Shown here in pieces: positions 39,823 through 49,061 of a stretch of DNA of 64,000 bases. Source of the DNA: Syntrophorhabdaceae bacterium (GTDB taxonomy: Bacteria; Desulfobacterota; Syntrophorhabdia; Syntrophorhabdales; Syntrophorhabdaceae); NCBI GenBank assembly GCA_963665295.1, contig OY762209.1:1536001-1600000 (forward strand), given 5' to 3'. The notes beneath the pieces are model-generated. The model worked only from the letters and a program-made list of their open reading frames with translations. It did no database searches and was not told the DNA's origin. The translations under genes and the position numbers were made by a program. Position 1 is the stretch's first letter. The number at the start of each line of letters is the position of its first letter.

Positions 39823-40605
39823 GTGGACGATGAAGTAAACACCGGTTCGAAGCACTATGTGGTCCCTGCCGTGGAACAGGCGTTACGGGTGCTGTACTGT
39901 CTGGCAGAGGCGGATTCTCCGTTCATGAGTCTTCTTGAGATATGCGCGGAGGTGGGCATCCATAAAAGCAAAGCCTTTTCCATCCTCGAGACTATGCTGA
40001 GATTCAGGATGGTCCGGAAGGGGAGCGACGGCAAAGGCTATGCACTGGGTCCCGGGCTCGCCCTTCTTTCACAGAAATGTCTTGACCATCTGAGCGCGCC
40101 CCGTCTTGCCGCGCCCATCCTGAAGGAGCTTGCAAAGAAGACGGGCTGCACCGCAGTCCTGGGCCTGATCGATGGGACGAGGGTGTTTGTCGCCGCAAAC
40201 CATGAGGGCGAAGGGGACTTCGGCATTACCATGAGGATCGGACATACCCTGCCCCTCACCTATGGCGCTCACGGGAAAGCCATTGCCGCTTTTCTTCCCG
40301 GGGAGGAGCGGAAGCGCCTGATGGAGGAGAAGGACCTCTACTTCTACGGGGACCCCGCGAAGCTCGACAGGGTCCGGCTGGAGGCGGAGCTTGCCGCGTG
40401 CCGTGAAAGAGGCTTTGCCGAAGACCTGGGCGAGGTCAACAAGGGACTCAACGTGGAAGCCGCGCCGGTCCTCGGGCACACCGGAGTTCCACTGGGATTC
40501 GTCGAAATATTCGGTCTTTTCCATGAAGAAACGGCCCATCGGTATGGCCCCATCGTGGCTGAAGCGGGACGGGCGCTTTCGCGAGAGCTGGGCGCCGAAA
40601 TATAG
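39823..40605 (+). CDS. IclR-family transcriptional regulator
   Basis: VPAVEQAL.VL, HKSKAF.IL HTH, Y.LGP, GAHGKA..AF and RGFA.D.GE. Confidence 0.93.
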   Translation: MDDEVNTGSKHYVVPAVEQALRVLYCLAEADSPFMSLLEICAEVGIHKSKAFSILETMLRFRMVRKGSDGKGYALGPGLALLSQKCLDHLSAPRLAAPILKELAKKTGCTAVLGLIDGTRVFVAANHEGEGDFGITMRIGHTLPLTYGAHGKAIAAFLPGEERKRLMEEKDLYFYGDPAKLDRVRLEAELAACRERGFAEDLGEVNKGLNVEAAPVLGHTGVPLGFVEIFGLFHEETAHRYGPIVAEAGRALSRELGAEI

Positions 40606-40733
40606 GCTATCCCCCGGTCTTCCCTGCAATTGCCGCACGAGTGATCTGTTGGTCGCAGGGCCCCGCGAAAGAGACGGATATCTCCTTGGGACCCTGCGTT
40701 TTCCGGCATTCCCCGGGGGGCGGGGAAGTTCCC

Positions 40734-41795
40734 TCAGTATTCGTAAGGAGTGGGCACTTTCCTTGCCTTTTCCTGGGTTTTCCAGTACTCGATGCGCTCT
40801 TTCACGAAGGCGAGCCACGAGTCGATTTCCTTCTCCGAGTAGCCCTTGGACATGAGGTCTTTCTTGAATTCCGCAATGACGGGCCGGGCCGCGTTCATCC
40901 ATCTTGCAGACTCGGCGTCGGTGAGGGGTACAAGCTGTCCCCCCTGGCTCTTGAGGAACTGGACCCCCTCTATCTCGATCTCATTCCACTGGACCGCCCA
41001 CCTTTCCTTGTAATCATTGGCGGTTTCCTGGAAGATCTTCTTGATGTCCGCGGGAAGGGCGTTATACTTGTTTTTATTCATGATGAGGTAGAACGTGTAG
41101 GATGTGCCTATCTTCCAGCACGTGGTGCAGTACCTGATCAACTCGCCGATCTTGAAGCCTTTCAGTTGCTCCATGGGGCCGAAATTGCCGTCAATGACGT
41201 GCCTCCTCAAAGACTCGTAGAGGTCCACCATCTCAATAGGCATGGGCGTGGCGCCGAGGGTCTTGACCAGATCGCCGATCCTTCCCGTCCCCCTGATCTT
41301 CAAGCCCTTCAACTCTTCCAGGGTGTGCACCGGCTTACTGAGGGTTTGCAGCACGGCGGGCGGCGAGGTGCTGAACATTATAGGAACGTAGTCGTTCCAT
41401 TCCTTCGGCTTGAACTTGTCGTAAAAGTCGTTTGCCACGTGGGTGCTTATGTAGGCGCTTGGAGAACCGATGGGCAGTTCCATAAGCTCCATGACAGGGA
41501 AGCGTCCCCGTGAATATCCGCAATGGGAGAGGCCGATGTCGGCGATCCCCGAGTTGACGCCTGTGGCCATCTTGGAAGCGGTGAGAAGGGTGCCGCCGGA
41601 ATAGTAGGAGATTTCCACCCGTCCTCCTGTACGCTTCCTGATCTCATCGGCAAACTCCTTTCCGAATATGGTGTTCTTATGCACCACGGGAAAATAGTTC
41701 GCGAATTTGAGCCGGATCGGTTCCGCTGCCTGGGCTGTAACGAAGAAGCCGGAGAAAAGTGCGATTACCACTGCCCACAATCCTGTTCTTTTCAT
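40734..41795 (-). CDS. dctP: TRAP transporter substrate-binding protein DctP
   Basis: Signal peptide, GGTL, GIADIG, GRFP, LKGLKIR (conserved Arg), LGATP and MNK..Y..LP.D. Confidence 0.93.
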   Translation of the reverse strand: MKRTGLWAVVIALFSGFFVTAQAAEPIRLKFANYFPVVHKNTIFGKEFADEIRKRTGGRVEISYYSGGTLLTASKMATGVNSGIADIGLSHCGYSRGRFPVMELMELPIGSPSAYISTHVANDFYDKFKPKEWNDYVPIMFSTSPPAVLQTLSKPVHTLEELKGLKIRGTGRIGDLVKTLGATPMPIEMVDLYESLRRHVIDGNFGPMEQLKGFKIGELIRYCTTCWKIGTSYTFYLIMNKNKYNALPADIKKIFQETANDYKERWAVQWNEIEIEGVQFLKSQGGQLVPLTDAESARWMNAARPVIAEFKKDLMSKGYSEKEIDSWLAFVKERIEYWKTQEKARKVPTPYEY

Positions 41796-41907
41796 CTGTT
41801 ACCCCCTTTTCACGACACATATTTGCCTGAAAACAGGCCGTTACCGCGCTGTGAGCGCATACTCGCATCGTGCGCGGCGTCTTTCCTGCGGCGTTCCGTG
41901 ACCGTTC

Positions 41908-43551
41908 CTAATCCGCCAGCTTCTTCCTGATATCCTCCTTCAAGGCCTTTTTGTCGGCTTTCCCCACATTAGTGAGGGGGATCTTGTCTATCAGCTCGAT
42001 CCTCTCGGGCAGTTGGAGCACCGACGCGCCGCATCCCTTGAGATAGGATATGAGGTCCTGAAAGGCCAATGCCGCCCCTTCCCTTAGCTGGATATACGCG
42101 CATATGCGCTCACCCAGGGCCTTGTCGGGCATGCCGATGACCGCCACATCGACGACGTCGGGGTGGGAGCTGATCAAACGCTCGATCCCGACGGCGCTTA
42201 TCGTTTCTCCGCCGCGGAGGATGGTCTCCTTGATCCTTCCGGTAATGGTAATGATGCCGGATTCATCAACTTTGGCCAGGTCTCCGGTCTTAAAGAACCC
42301 ATCTTCCGTGAACGTCTTTTTATTGTCCTCCGCGGACTTGAAGTAGCCACTGAAGACGTTCGGCCCTTTTATGGTAAGCTCCCCTTCGTGGCCGGCCGGC
42401 GCCTCGCTTCCGTACTGGTCGAGGATTCTTATCTTTGTATAGGGGCAGTCCTTCTTTCCCACCGTGGTGCAGATTGTCTCTATGTCCGAGTCGAGGCGCG
42501 TCATCGAACCCGGGCCTTCGGCGGAACCGAAGGCGTTTACGAACTTGCAGCGCAGCCTGGCGTAGACGCTCCTTACCAGTTCCGGCGTGCTGGGAGCGCC
42601 GCCTGCGTAGATCTTCTTCAAGGAACTGAGGTCATAATCCCCCAGGTTTTCGAGTGTCACAATTCTCTGGACCAGGGCAGGGACGGTGGGGAAGGCGGTC
42701 ACCTTTTCCCGTTCTATGACCCTGCAGATGTCATCGGCCTCCGTGGAATCAGTGAGGACATACTTGGCATAGTTGAAAAACGCGCCTCCCACCCCGTTGT
42801 GCATGGCCTGAGCGTGGCTGACGGGCGCAACGGTGAGCACCACGTCGTTGCTCGTGACCTCCCACGCCCTGGAGTGGTACTCCACGCTCGCAATATAGTC
42901 GTTATGGGTCCGGGGAACCGCTTTAGGCAGGCCTGTCGTGCCGCCGGTAAGGAGTATCATCGATACTTCCATGGGATCGGGACGTCTGTCTTCGAGGATC
43001 GCAAGGGAGGCGCGAGTCGGTTCGCCCTTCTCCATGAGCGTCTCCAACGGAGTATAAGCCTCGTATTCCGGCGATCTGACGGATATGAGGTGAGTAAGGC
43101 CCTTATGCTCTTCCCGCACCTTCCGGAGAAGAGGCAGGTACTCCACGTTTCTGTACCGGTCCGGACCGACCCACGCCCTGGGATGGGTAAGGCCGCACAC
43201 GTGTGCGATCTCCGCGAGTCCATGGCGGGCGATGAGAAGGACCGGAATGGCCCCTATCTTTTGCAGCGCATAGAAGGTGATGATATACTCGTGCCAGTTC
43301 GGAATCTGGAGGAGAACGAAATCCCGCTCTTCTATACCCAGGCCTATGAAGCCTATTGCGAGTCGATCGACCTTCTCGCGAAGGACCCCATAGGTGAAGC
43401 GGGAGGAATCGTCGGCGAGACATTCCTTATCGGGATAGAGATCTGTCGCCTTGTCGAACATGTCTCCCCAGGTGAGGCCCAACCAGTGTCTTCGTGTGTT
43501 GTATCCCTCGATGTCTTCCGGCCTGTAGGGTTCAAAACCTTCGATGGGCAT
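41908..43551 (-). CDS. AMP-forming acid ligase, DhbE/EntE-like (probable aryl-CoA ligase)
   Basis: TGGTTGLPK, FGSAEG, FKTGD, GRIKE.I.RGGE and TNVGK.DK; ATG 43551 with SD AGGAGG. Confidence 0.9.
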   Translation of the reverse strand: MPIEGFEPYRPEDIEGYNTRRHWLGLTWGDMFDKATDLYPDKECLADDSSRFTYGVLREKVDRLAIGFIGLGIEERDFVLLQIPNWHEYIITFYALQKIGAIPVLLIARHGLAEIAHVCGLTHPRAWVGPDRYRNVEYLPLLRKVREEHKGLTHLISVRSPEYEAYTPLETLMEKGEPTRASLAILEDRRPDPMEVSMILLTGGTTGLPKAVPRTHNDYIASVEYHSRAWEVTSNDVVLTVAPVSHAQAMHNGVGGAFFNYAKYVLTDSTEADDICRVIEREKVTAFPTVPALVQRIVTLENLGDYDLSSLKKIYAGGAPSTPELVRSVYARLRCKFVNAFGSAEGPGSMTRLDSDIETICTTVGKKDCPYTKIRILDQYGSEAPAGHEGELTIKGPNVFSGYFKSAEDNKKTFTEDGFFKTGDLAKVDESGIITITGRIKETILRGGETISAVGIERLISSHPDVVDVAVIGMPDKALGERICAYIQLREGAALAFQDLISYLKGCGASVLQLPERIELIDKIPLTNVGKADKKALKEDIRKKLAD

Positions 43552-43608
43552 ATGAAACCTCCTGACTTTTGGAAGAACCCCTCTCAATCCGCCATGTTAC
43601 CCCCAGAG

Positions 43609-43669
43609 GTTCTCGTGATAAAACTGAAGTTCTATTTGTCGTTTTATCACGGTAAAACAGGTTTGTCAA
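43609..43669 (-). promoter_or_regulatory. Sigma70 promoter with overlapping palindromic operator(s) upstream of ligase 1
   Basis: Minus strand reads TTGACA-N17-TAAAAC with extended TG. Palindrome GTTTTA-N6-TAAAAC at 43641-43658 and an inverted copy CGTGATAAAAC at 43614-43624. Confidence 0.6.
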
Positions 43670-43942
43670 GAAAAAGGAAGGGCAAAAAAGGAAGGGCGGT
43701 GAGGTCCCCGGAACAAGGCGCACGAAGGGCTTTCGGCCCATGGCGTCGCAGGTCGATCAAAGAACACGGCGGGCTTATAAAGAGATCAAAACGACGTCGG
43801 CGCGCACAGGCCGCCCCGTTCCCATACGGGCTTTCAAGACAGGGCGGTATTCCCCGGCAGGAAAGGTCCGGACGTCCGAGCTTTGCCGCTTTACCGAGCC
43901 GGTGAGGCTTTGCCGGACCTTCTGCCGCGGTGGGGGGGATGT

Positions 43943-44722
43943 TTATTTGCCTTTAAACTCAGGCTTCCGTTTGTCTATAAAGGCCTGGAAACCCTCTCTG
44001 CCGTCTTCCGACACGTAGGTGACGACGAAGCATTCGTTTTCGTAGGTAATGGCCGACTGAAGGTCCATGTTCATGCCGTTGTCGATGACGTTCTTGAGCA
44101 CGCTCAGGGCTACCTTCGGCTTTGCGGCGAGTTTCTTTGCCCATGCCTTCGCCTCGTCGAGGAGTGCCTCCTTGGGGACGGCCTTGTTGACGAGCCCTAT
44201 ACGGGCCGCCTCTTCTCCGCTCACGGTCTCACCCATGAAGAGAAGCTCTTTTGCCTTGGCGATCCCGATGAGCCTCGGGAGCCTCTGGGTGCCGCCGGAA
44301 CCGGGTATTATTCCGAGGTTTACCTCGGGGCAGCCGATGGACGCGTCGTTTGCGGCGATTCTCAGGTCGCATGCAAGGGCAAGCTCGCACCCTCCGCCGA
44401 AAACGAAGCCGAAAAGGGCGGCAATAGTGGGTTTCTCGACGTTGGCCACCTTATCGAGACACATCCGGGAGACCCGACCGAAGGCGAAATAGTCGGGGAT
44501 CGTTTTGCCCGCCACCTCTTTCACATCGAGACCCGCGGCAAAAGCCTTTCCACCCTCGCCTGTCAGCACGATGGCCCCGATCGATGCGTCCTTCTCCAAT
44601 TCGCAAAAGGCGTCGTAAATGTCGCCGTATGCTTTCACGTTAAGCGAATTGACGGGCGGCCTGTTCAGCTTGATTACCGCAATGTTTCCTTCCTTCTCAA
44701 CCAGCAATGTTTCGTAACCCAT
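43943..44722 (-). CDS. Enoyl-CoA hydratase/isomerase (crotonase family)
   Basis: LNRPP.N, AFAAGLD, GGGCELALACD and PEVNLGIIPG.GGTQRL; both catalytic Glu present. Confidence 0.95.
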   Translation of the reverse strand: MGYETLLVEKEGNIAVIKLNRPPVNSLNVKAYGDIYDAFCELEKDASIGAIVLTGEGGKAFAAGLDVKEVAGKTIPDYFAFGRVSRMCLDKVANVEKPTIAALFGFVFGGGCELALACDLRIAANDASIGCPEVNLGIIPGSGGTQRLPRLIGIAKAKELLFMGETVSGEEAARIGLVNKAVPKEALLDEAKAWAKKLAAKPKVALSVLKNVIDNGMNMDLQSAITYENECFVVTYVSEDGREGFQAFIDKRKPEFKGK

Positions 44723-44766
44723 ATGAACCTCCTTGATATAGTTTTGTCTTCTTTCAGTAACCTTCC

Positions 44767-46407
44767 CTACGCTCCCATGCGCCCCTTGATATCCTCCCTG
44801 AGCGCCTTCTTATCCACCTTACCTACCTTGGTCGCGGGAAGCTCCTCTATGAACTCGATCCTCTCGGGAAGCTGCTGGACCGATGCGCCCGATTGTTTCA
44901 GAAAGGCGACGATCTCTTCAAAGGTCGCCTTCATGCCCTGCCTTAAGACTACGTAGGCGCATATCCTCTCCCCCAGTATGGGGTCGGGCATGCCTACCAC
45001 CGCGGCCTCCCGGACAGCAGGGTGGGCGCTCATCCTGTGCTCTATGTCGAGGGCGCTTATCTTCTCGCCCCCGCGGTTGATGATGTCCTTGATCCTCCCC
45101 GTGATGGTGATGTTGCCGAAGGCGTCCTTTCTCGCCTTGTCCCCGGTCTTGAAGTGACCGTCGGGGGTGAAGGTCTCCGCGTTCTCCTCTGCGGACCTGA
45201 AGTACCCCGTGAAGATGCCCGGGCCCTTGGACACGAGCTCTCCCTCCACTCCGGGGGGACACTCGTTGCCTGCCTCGTCGATGATGATGATGGAGTCGTA
45301 GGGACAGGCGGGCCTCCCCACGCTGTTGCAGATCACCTCGATGGAGTCGCCCGGCCTTGTGGCCATGTTGGTGCCCTCGGAAGAACCGAACCCGTTGATG
45401 AAGGTGCAGCCCAGCGTGTCATAGACGGTGCGCACGAGTTCAGGGGTGCTCGGAGCCCCTCCCACGGATATCTTCTTCAAGGAGGAGAGGTCGTAGTCCT
45501 TGAGGTTCTCCATGTGCACCATGCGCGTGATGAGGGCGGGGACGGAGGGAAAGGCGGTGACCTTCTCCTTCTCCACCCATGTACAGATGTCCTCGGGGGC
45601 GGTGGAGTCGAGGAGCACGAGCTTCGCGAAATTGAGGAGGGCCGCCCCTATGCCCCAGTGCATGGCCATGGAATGGCCCACGGGGGTGATGACCATGATC
45701 GTGTCGTTGCTCGTGATCTCCCATGCCCTCGCATGGTATTCGATATTGGTGATGTAGCTGTTGTGGGTCCTTACCGACGCCTTAGGCAGACCCGTGGTGC
45801 CTCCCGTGGGCATGATGTGGGAGACCTCGTCGGGATCGGGCCTTCTTTCTTCCAGTTCCTTAAGGTTCTCCTTCGTAAGGGTCACCTCGCCTATGAGGTC
45901 GTCCATGGTAGGGTAGCGCCCCTTTTTGGCGCGGACCTGGATCACCTCTTTCAACTGGGGGTTCTCCTTGAGTACATCATCGATAATGGGCTGGTAGTCG
46001 ATCTTCCCGTACTGTTCGGGGAGTATCCATGCCACGGGCCTGGTGAGTCCCGCGAAGTGCTTGATCTCCGTCTGGTTGTGGCGGGGGATGAGGAGCACGG
46101 TCAAGGCCCCGATCTTCTGCATGGCGAAGTAGGAGATGATATACTCGTGCCAGTTGGGAAACTGGAGGAGGACCCAGTCCTTCGATTTCACGCCCCGCCT
46201 CATGAGGCTTATGGCGAGACGGTCCACCTTCTCCCTTACCTCCCGGTAGGTCCACCTCCCTACGCCGTCCACGAGGCCGATCTTGTCGGGATAGATGTCC
46301 GAGGCCTTGTCCACAAGGTCGGACCACGTCATCCCGAGCCACCACCTTCTCAGGTTGTATTTCTCCCTGTCCCCGGCTGCATACTCCGTGAAGCCTTCTA
46401 TTGCCAT
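44767..46407 (-). CDS. AMP-forming acid ligase, DhbE/EntE-like (paralog 2)
   Basis: TGGTTGLPK, FGSSEG, FKTGD, GRIKDIINRGGEK and TKVGKVDK; ATG 46407 with SD AGGAGG. Confidence 0.9.
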   Translation of the reverse strand: MAIEGFTEYAAGDREKYNLRRWWLGMTWSDLVDKASDIYPDKIGLVDGVGRWTYREVREKVDRLAISLMRRGVKSKDWVLLQFPNWHEYIISYFAMQKIGALTVLLIPRHNQTEIKHFAGLTRPVAWILPEQYGKIDYQPIIDDVLKENPQLKEVIQVRAKKGRYPTMDDLIGEVTLTKENLKELEERRPDPDEVSHIMPTGGTTGLPKASVRTHNSYITNIEYHARAWEITSNDTIMVITPVGHSMAMHWGIGAALLNFAKLVLLDSTAPEDICTWVEKEKVTAFPSVPALITRMVHMENLKDYDLSSLKKISVGGAPSTPELVRTVYDTLGCTFINGFGSSEGTNMATRPGDSIEVICNSVGRPACPYDSIIIIDEAGNECPPGVEGELVSKGPGIFTGYFRSAEENAETFTPDGHFKTGDKARKDAFGNITITGRIKDIINRGGEKISALDIEHRMSAHPAVREAAVVGMPDPILGERICAYVVLRQGMKATFEEIVAFLKQSGASVQQLPERIEFIEELPATKVGKVDKKALREDIKGRMGA

Positions 46408-46553
46408 ATGGTGCCTCCTGCCCTGGAATCTGTCCCCTGCGAGGAAGTCGTCGTGGATCTCTTCAGGAAAGCGGGTCAACCGCGCCCATAAGACTCACGA
46501 ACCGGGACGCCGATTCCACCTGTGGTCCATCCACTGAAATCGACGTTCATTAG

Positions 46554-46584
46554 ATGATATTATCATGTAGGGGATTTTTGTCAA
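46554..46584 (-). promoter_or_regulatory. Candidate promoter with palindromic site upstream of ligase 2
   Basis: Minus strand reads TTGACA-N16-TAATAT (extended TG). Palindrome ATGATA-T-TATCAT at 46554-46566 overlaps the -10. Confidence 0.45.
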
Positions 46585-46665
46585 GAGAAAAAAGACCGGC
46601 GAGGAACAGGCAGGGAGCCGCGGCGGACTTCCCGTTCCCGCGGTTCCCGAGCCGTTCTGCGAAAT

Positions 46666-47679
46666 CTATTTCTGGTGTGCGTTTATGTAATCAACGCAGA
46701 ATTTGAGGCCTTCTTCGCCGGGCAGCCCTTTGCCCTTGACCTCTTTGGCATATCCGTCAATGATGGGTTTTACCTTTGCCGCCCATTTCGCGTTCTCCTC
46801 CTTGGAGAGGGAGATGATCTTGTTGCCCCGTTTTATGGTGAAGTCCTTGCCTTCCTTGTCTATCTCGTCCCATACCTTCGCCTGCTTGTCTATCCACTCC
46901 TGGCTCACTTCGTCCATCACCTTCTGGACGTCCGGGGGCAGCTTGTTCCACTTCGACTTGTTCATGATGACGAACATGGCCGCTGTGTAGGCGCTGCCGT
47001 AACACTCCGTGCTCGAGTTGATGACCTCGCCCCATTTCCAGCCCTTGAGGGCCTCGTAAGGGGCCATGGAACCGTCGACTACGCCGGTCCGCAGGGCGTC
47101 GTAGGTCTCAGGCATGGTCGCCCCTACGGGGGAGCCGCCCAGAGCCTGGACGATGGGAACCACGGTCCCCTGTGCCCTGATCTTCATGCCCCGAAGGTCT
47201 TCGAGTTTGGCGACGGGTTTCTTGGTATGGAGGATGCCCGGGCCGTGGCCATGGAGATACAGAACATGAACTTCGTCGAGTTCTTTCGGTTTGAACTTCT
47301 TGAAATACTCGTTTACGAGCCCTGTCGCCACAGCGGCGCTCCGGTATCCGAGAGGCATGTCGATCATGCCCATCATGGGAAATTTGCCCCTTGTATAGCC
47401 GAACACGCTGAAGCCGATGTCCGCGATGCCTTTGACTACGTTATCATAGGTCTGAGCGGCGGGGGTCAGGGTCCCGCCGGGGAAATAGGCGATTTTGACC
47501 TTGCCGTTCGTCCTCTTCTCCACTTCCTTGCACCACTGGTCAGCGAGGATGCTGTTCTTGTGCGGGGCGGGGAAGAAGTTGGAATAGTTGAGCTGGATCG
47601 TTTGCGCATGCCCGCTTGATGCCATGAAAACCAGGACAAAAAAGGAAACCACTACGGTAAAAGCAAGACACTTTCTCAT
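46666..47679 (-). CDS. dctP: TRAP transporter substrate-binding protein DctP
   Basis: Signal peptide, FPGGTL, GIADIG, LRGMKIR, YDALRTGVVDG and MNKSKWNKLP.D. Confidence 0.93.
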   Translation of the reverse strand: MRKCLAFTVVVSFFVLVFMASSGHAQTIQLNYSNFFPAPHKNSILADQWCKEVEKRTNGKVKIAYFPGGTLTPAAQTYDNVVKGIADIGFSVFGYTRGKFPMMGMIDMPLGYRSAAVATGLVNEYFKKFKPKELDEVHVLYLHGHGPGILHTKKPVAKLEDLRGMKIRAQGTVVPIVQALGGSPVGATMPETYDALRTGVVDGSMAPYEALKGWKWGEVINSSTECYGSAYTAAMFVIMNKSKWNKLPPDVQKVMDEVSQEWIDKQAKVWDEIDKEGKDFTIKRGNKIISLSKEENAKWAAKVKPIIDGYAKEVKGKGLPGEEGLKFCVDYINAHQK

Positions 47680-47768
47680 ACCTAACCCCTCCTTTTTATC
47701 GGCTACTCACGGGCCGTATGCCCGTGGCATTTGACTTGGCATGGACCTGATCTTTCAGTCTATCAATT

Positions 47769-49058
47769 TTACAATACGCCGGGTATGATGTTGCCCCCGG
47801 AAGGGAAGATCGCCACATCCGCGCTCGAGACGGTCCTCGATGCGATGTCGATGGCGTCGCGGAGAGTCCGTGCGTGGGTGAACTTCATCATTTTCACCTC
47901 CTCCGCGGTAAGCCCCTCCGTCACGTGGATGACGTGGAACATTTCCGCCAGTTCTTTGAAGAAGACGATCTGCATGATATAAGAGATACCGAAGGACCTG
48001 AGTTCATCGGGTATGTCGCCCCGTATGAGGCGGCGGTGGAAATCGCTCGCCGACTCCGAACTGGCCATTTCCTTCATGAGAGGCATGATGGGGCCCGCCC
48101 CCTGGCGCTGGGGCGCCACCCAGATGATGGTGCCCCCGGAACGGGTGCAGAATTTTGCCATGGTAAGGGACTTCGTGGCCTGGACCGCGACTTCCAGGGG
48201 GAACGCGGAGGTGATGGTGACGTCGGCCATCTTCGGCATGGGCACCCAGTAAAGGGACGAGGCGAATGTGGCGGCCTCAAGGTGCTCCGCCATGGTCTCC
48301 CCCGCAAAGGCGCGGATGATCTCTTTCTTGTCGTTCATCACGAGGTCGAGTTTGAAGGCGATGCGGGCGAGACGGCCCGCGTCCACGATCTCCTCGTAGA
48401 AACCATTACCCTGGGTCATGTTGACCTTGCTGTACCGGTGGCGCATCCAGGTAAAATGATGGTCCGCCACCGCCCTGTACGACGAGACACCGGGCATGAT
48501 GATCTTGAATCCTCCGCCGAATCCCGCGCAGGGATGGGGCATGCACTCGCCCACGCCCAGGATGAGATCGGCGGCAGCCACATAGGGGTTCACCTCAACG
48601 GTGATTCCCCGGTGGGTCTTGCCGATAACGATGTTTTCCGCAGAGTAGGGGTCGTGAGAAAAGACCCGTCCGGGCAGGCGCAGGATGACATCCCTGCCCA
48701 CCTTGGTCTCCAGTTGCTCGAGGGTATAGGCGGGATGGGTCCCGATGGCGCAGACCGCCGTTACCCTGGAATCGGGTATGCCCGCCCGGTTCAGCCGGTC
48801 AAGGATCTCGGGGATCGCAAGATGTGCGGGGGTCGGACGCTGGAGGTCGTCGAAGAGGAGTGCCACGTCCATACCCGGTTTTGCGATCTCCTCGATCCGG
48901 GGCGAGCCTATGGGATTGTCCAGGGCCCGCCTGATCTCTTCTAACGGGTCCGCCACGCCGGGGACCGAAGGCCGGTCCTCGGCGGTCATCACCTTCCACC
49001 CTGCGGGGAGTTCGAAGCAGATCTTCTCTCCCTCACAGATCACATATCTTTCTTCCAC
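47769..49058 (-). CDS. LarA-family (DUF2088) nickel-pincer-dependent 2-hydroxy acid racemase/epimerase
   Basis: DDLQRPTP, AIGTH, PH..AGFGGGFK.IMPG, ADHH and VQATK correspond to LarA catalytic and NPN-binding residues. Confidence 0.88.
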   Translation of the reverse strand: MEERYVICEGEKICFELPAGWKVMTAEDRPSVPGVADPLEEIRRALDNPIGSPRIEEIAKPGMDVALLFDDLQRPTPAHLAIPEILDRLNRAGIPDSRVTAVCAIGTHPAYTLEQLETKVGRDVILRLPGRVFSHDPYSAENIVIGKTHRGITVEVNPYVAAADLILGVGECMPHPCAGFGGGFKIIMPGVSSYRAVADHHFTWMRHRYSKVNMTQGNGFYEEIVDAGRLARIAFKLDLVMNDKKEIIRAFAGETMAEHLEAATFASSLYWVPMPKMADVTITSAFPLEVAVQATKSLTMAKFCTRSGGTIIWVAPQRQGAGPIMPLMKEMASSESASDFHRRLIRGDIPDELRSFGISYIMQIVFFKELAEMFHVIHVTEGLTAEEVKMMKFTHARTLRDAIDIASRTVSSADVAIFPSGGNIIPGVL

Positions 49059-49061
49059 GAC

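Noticed and set aside
41908..46407. Catecholate siderophore biosynthesis
   Set aside because: No isochorismate synthase, aryl carrier protein, NRPS or TonB-dependent receptor; the context is catabolic.
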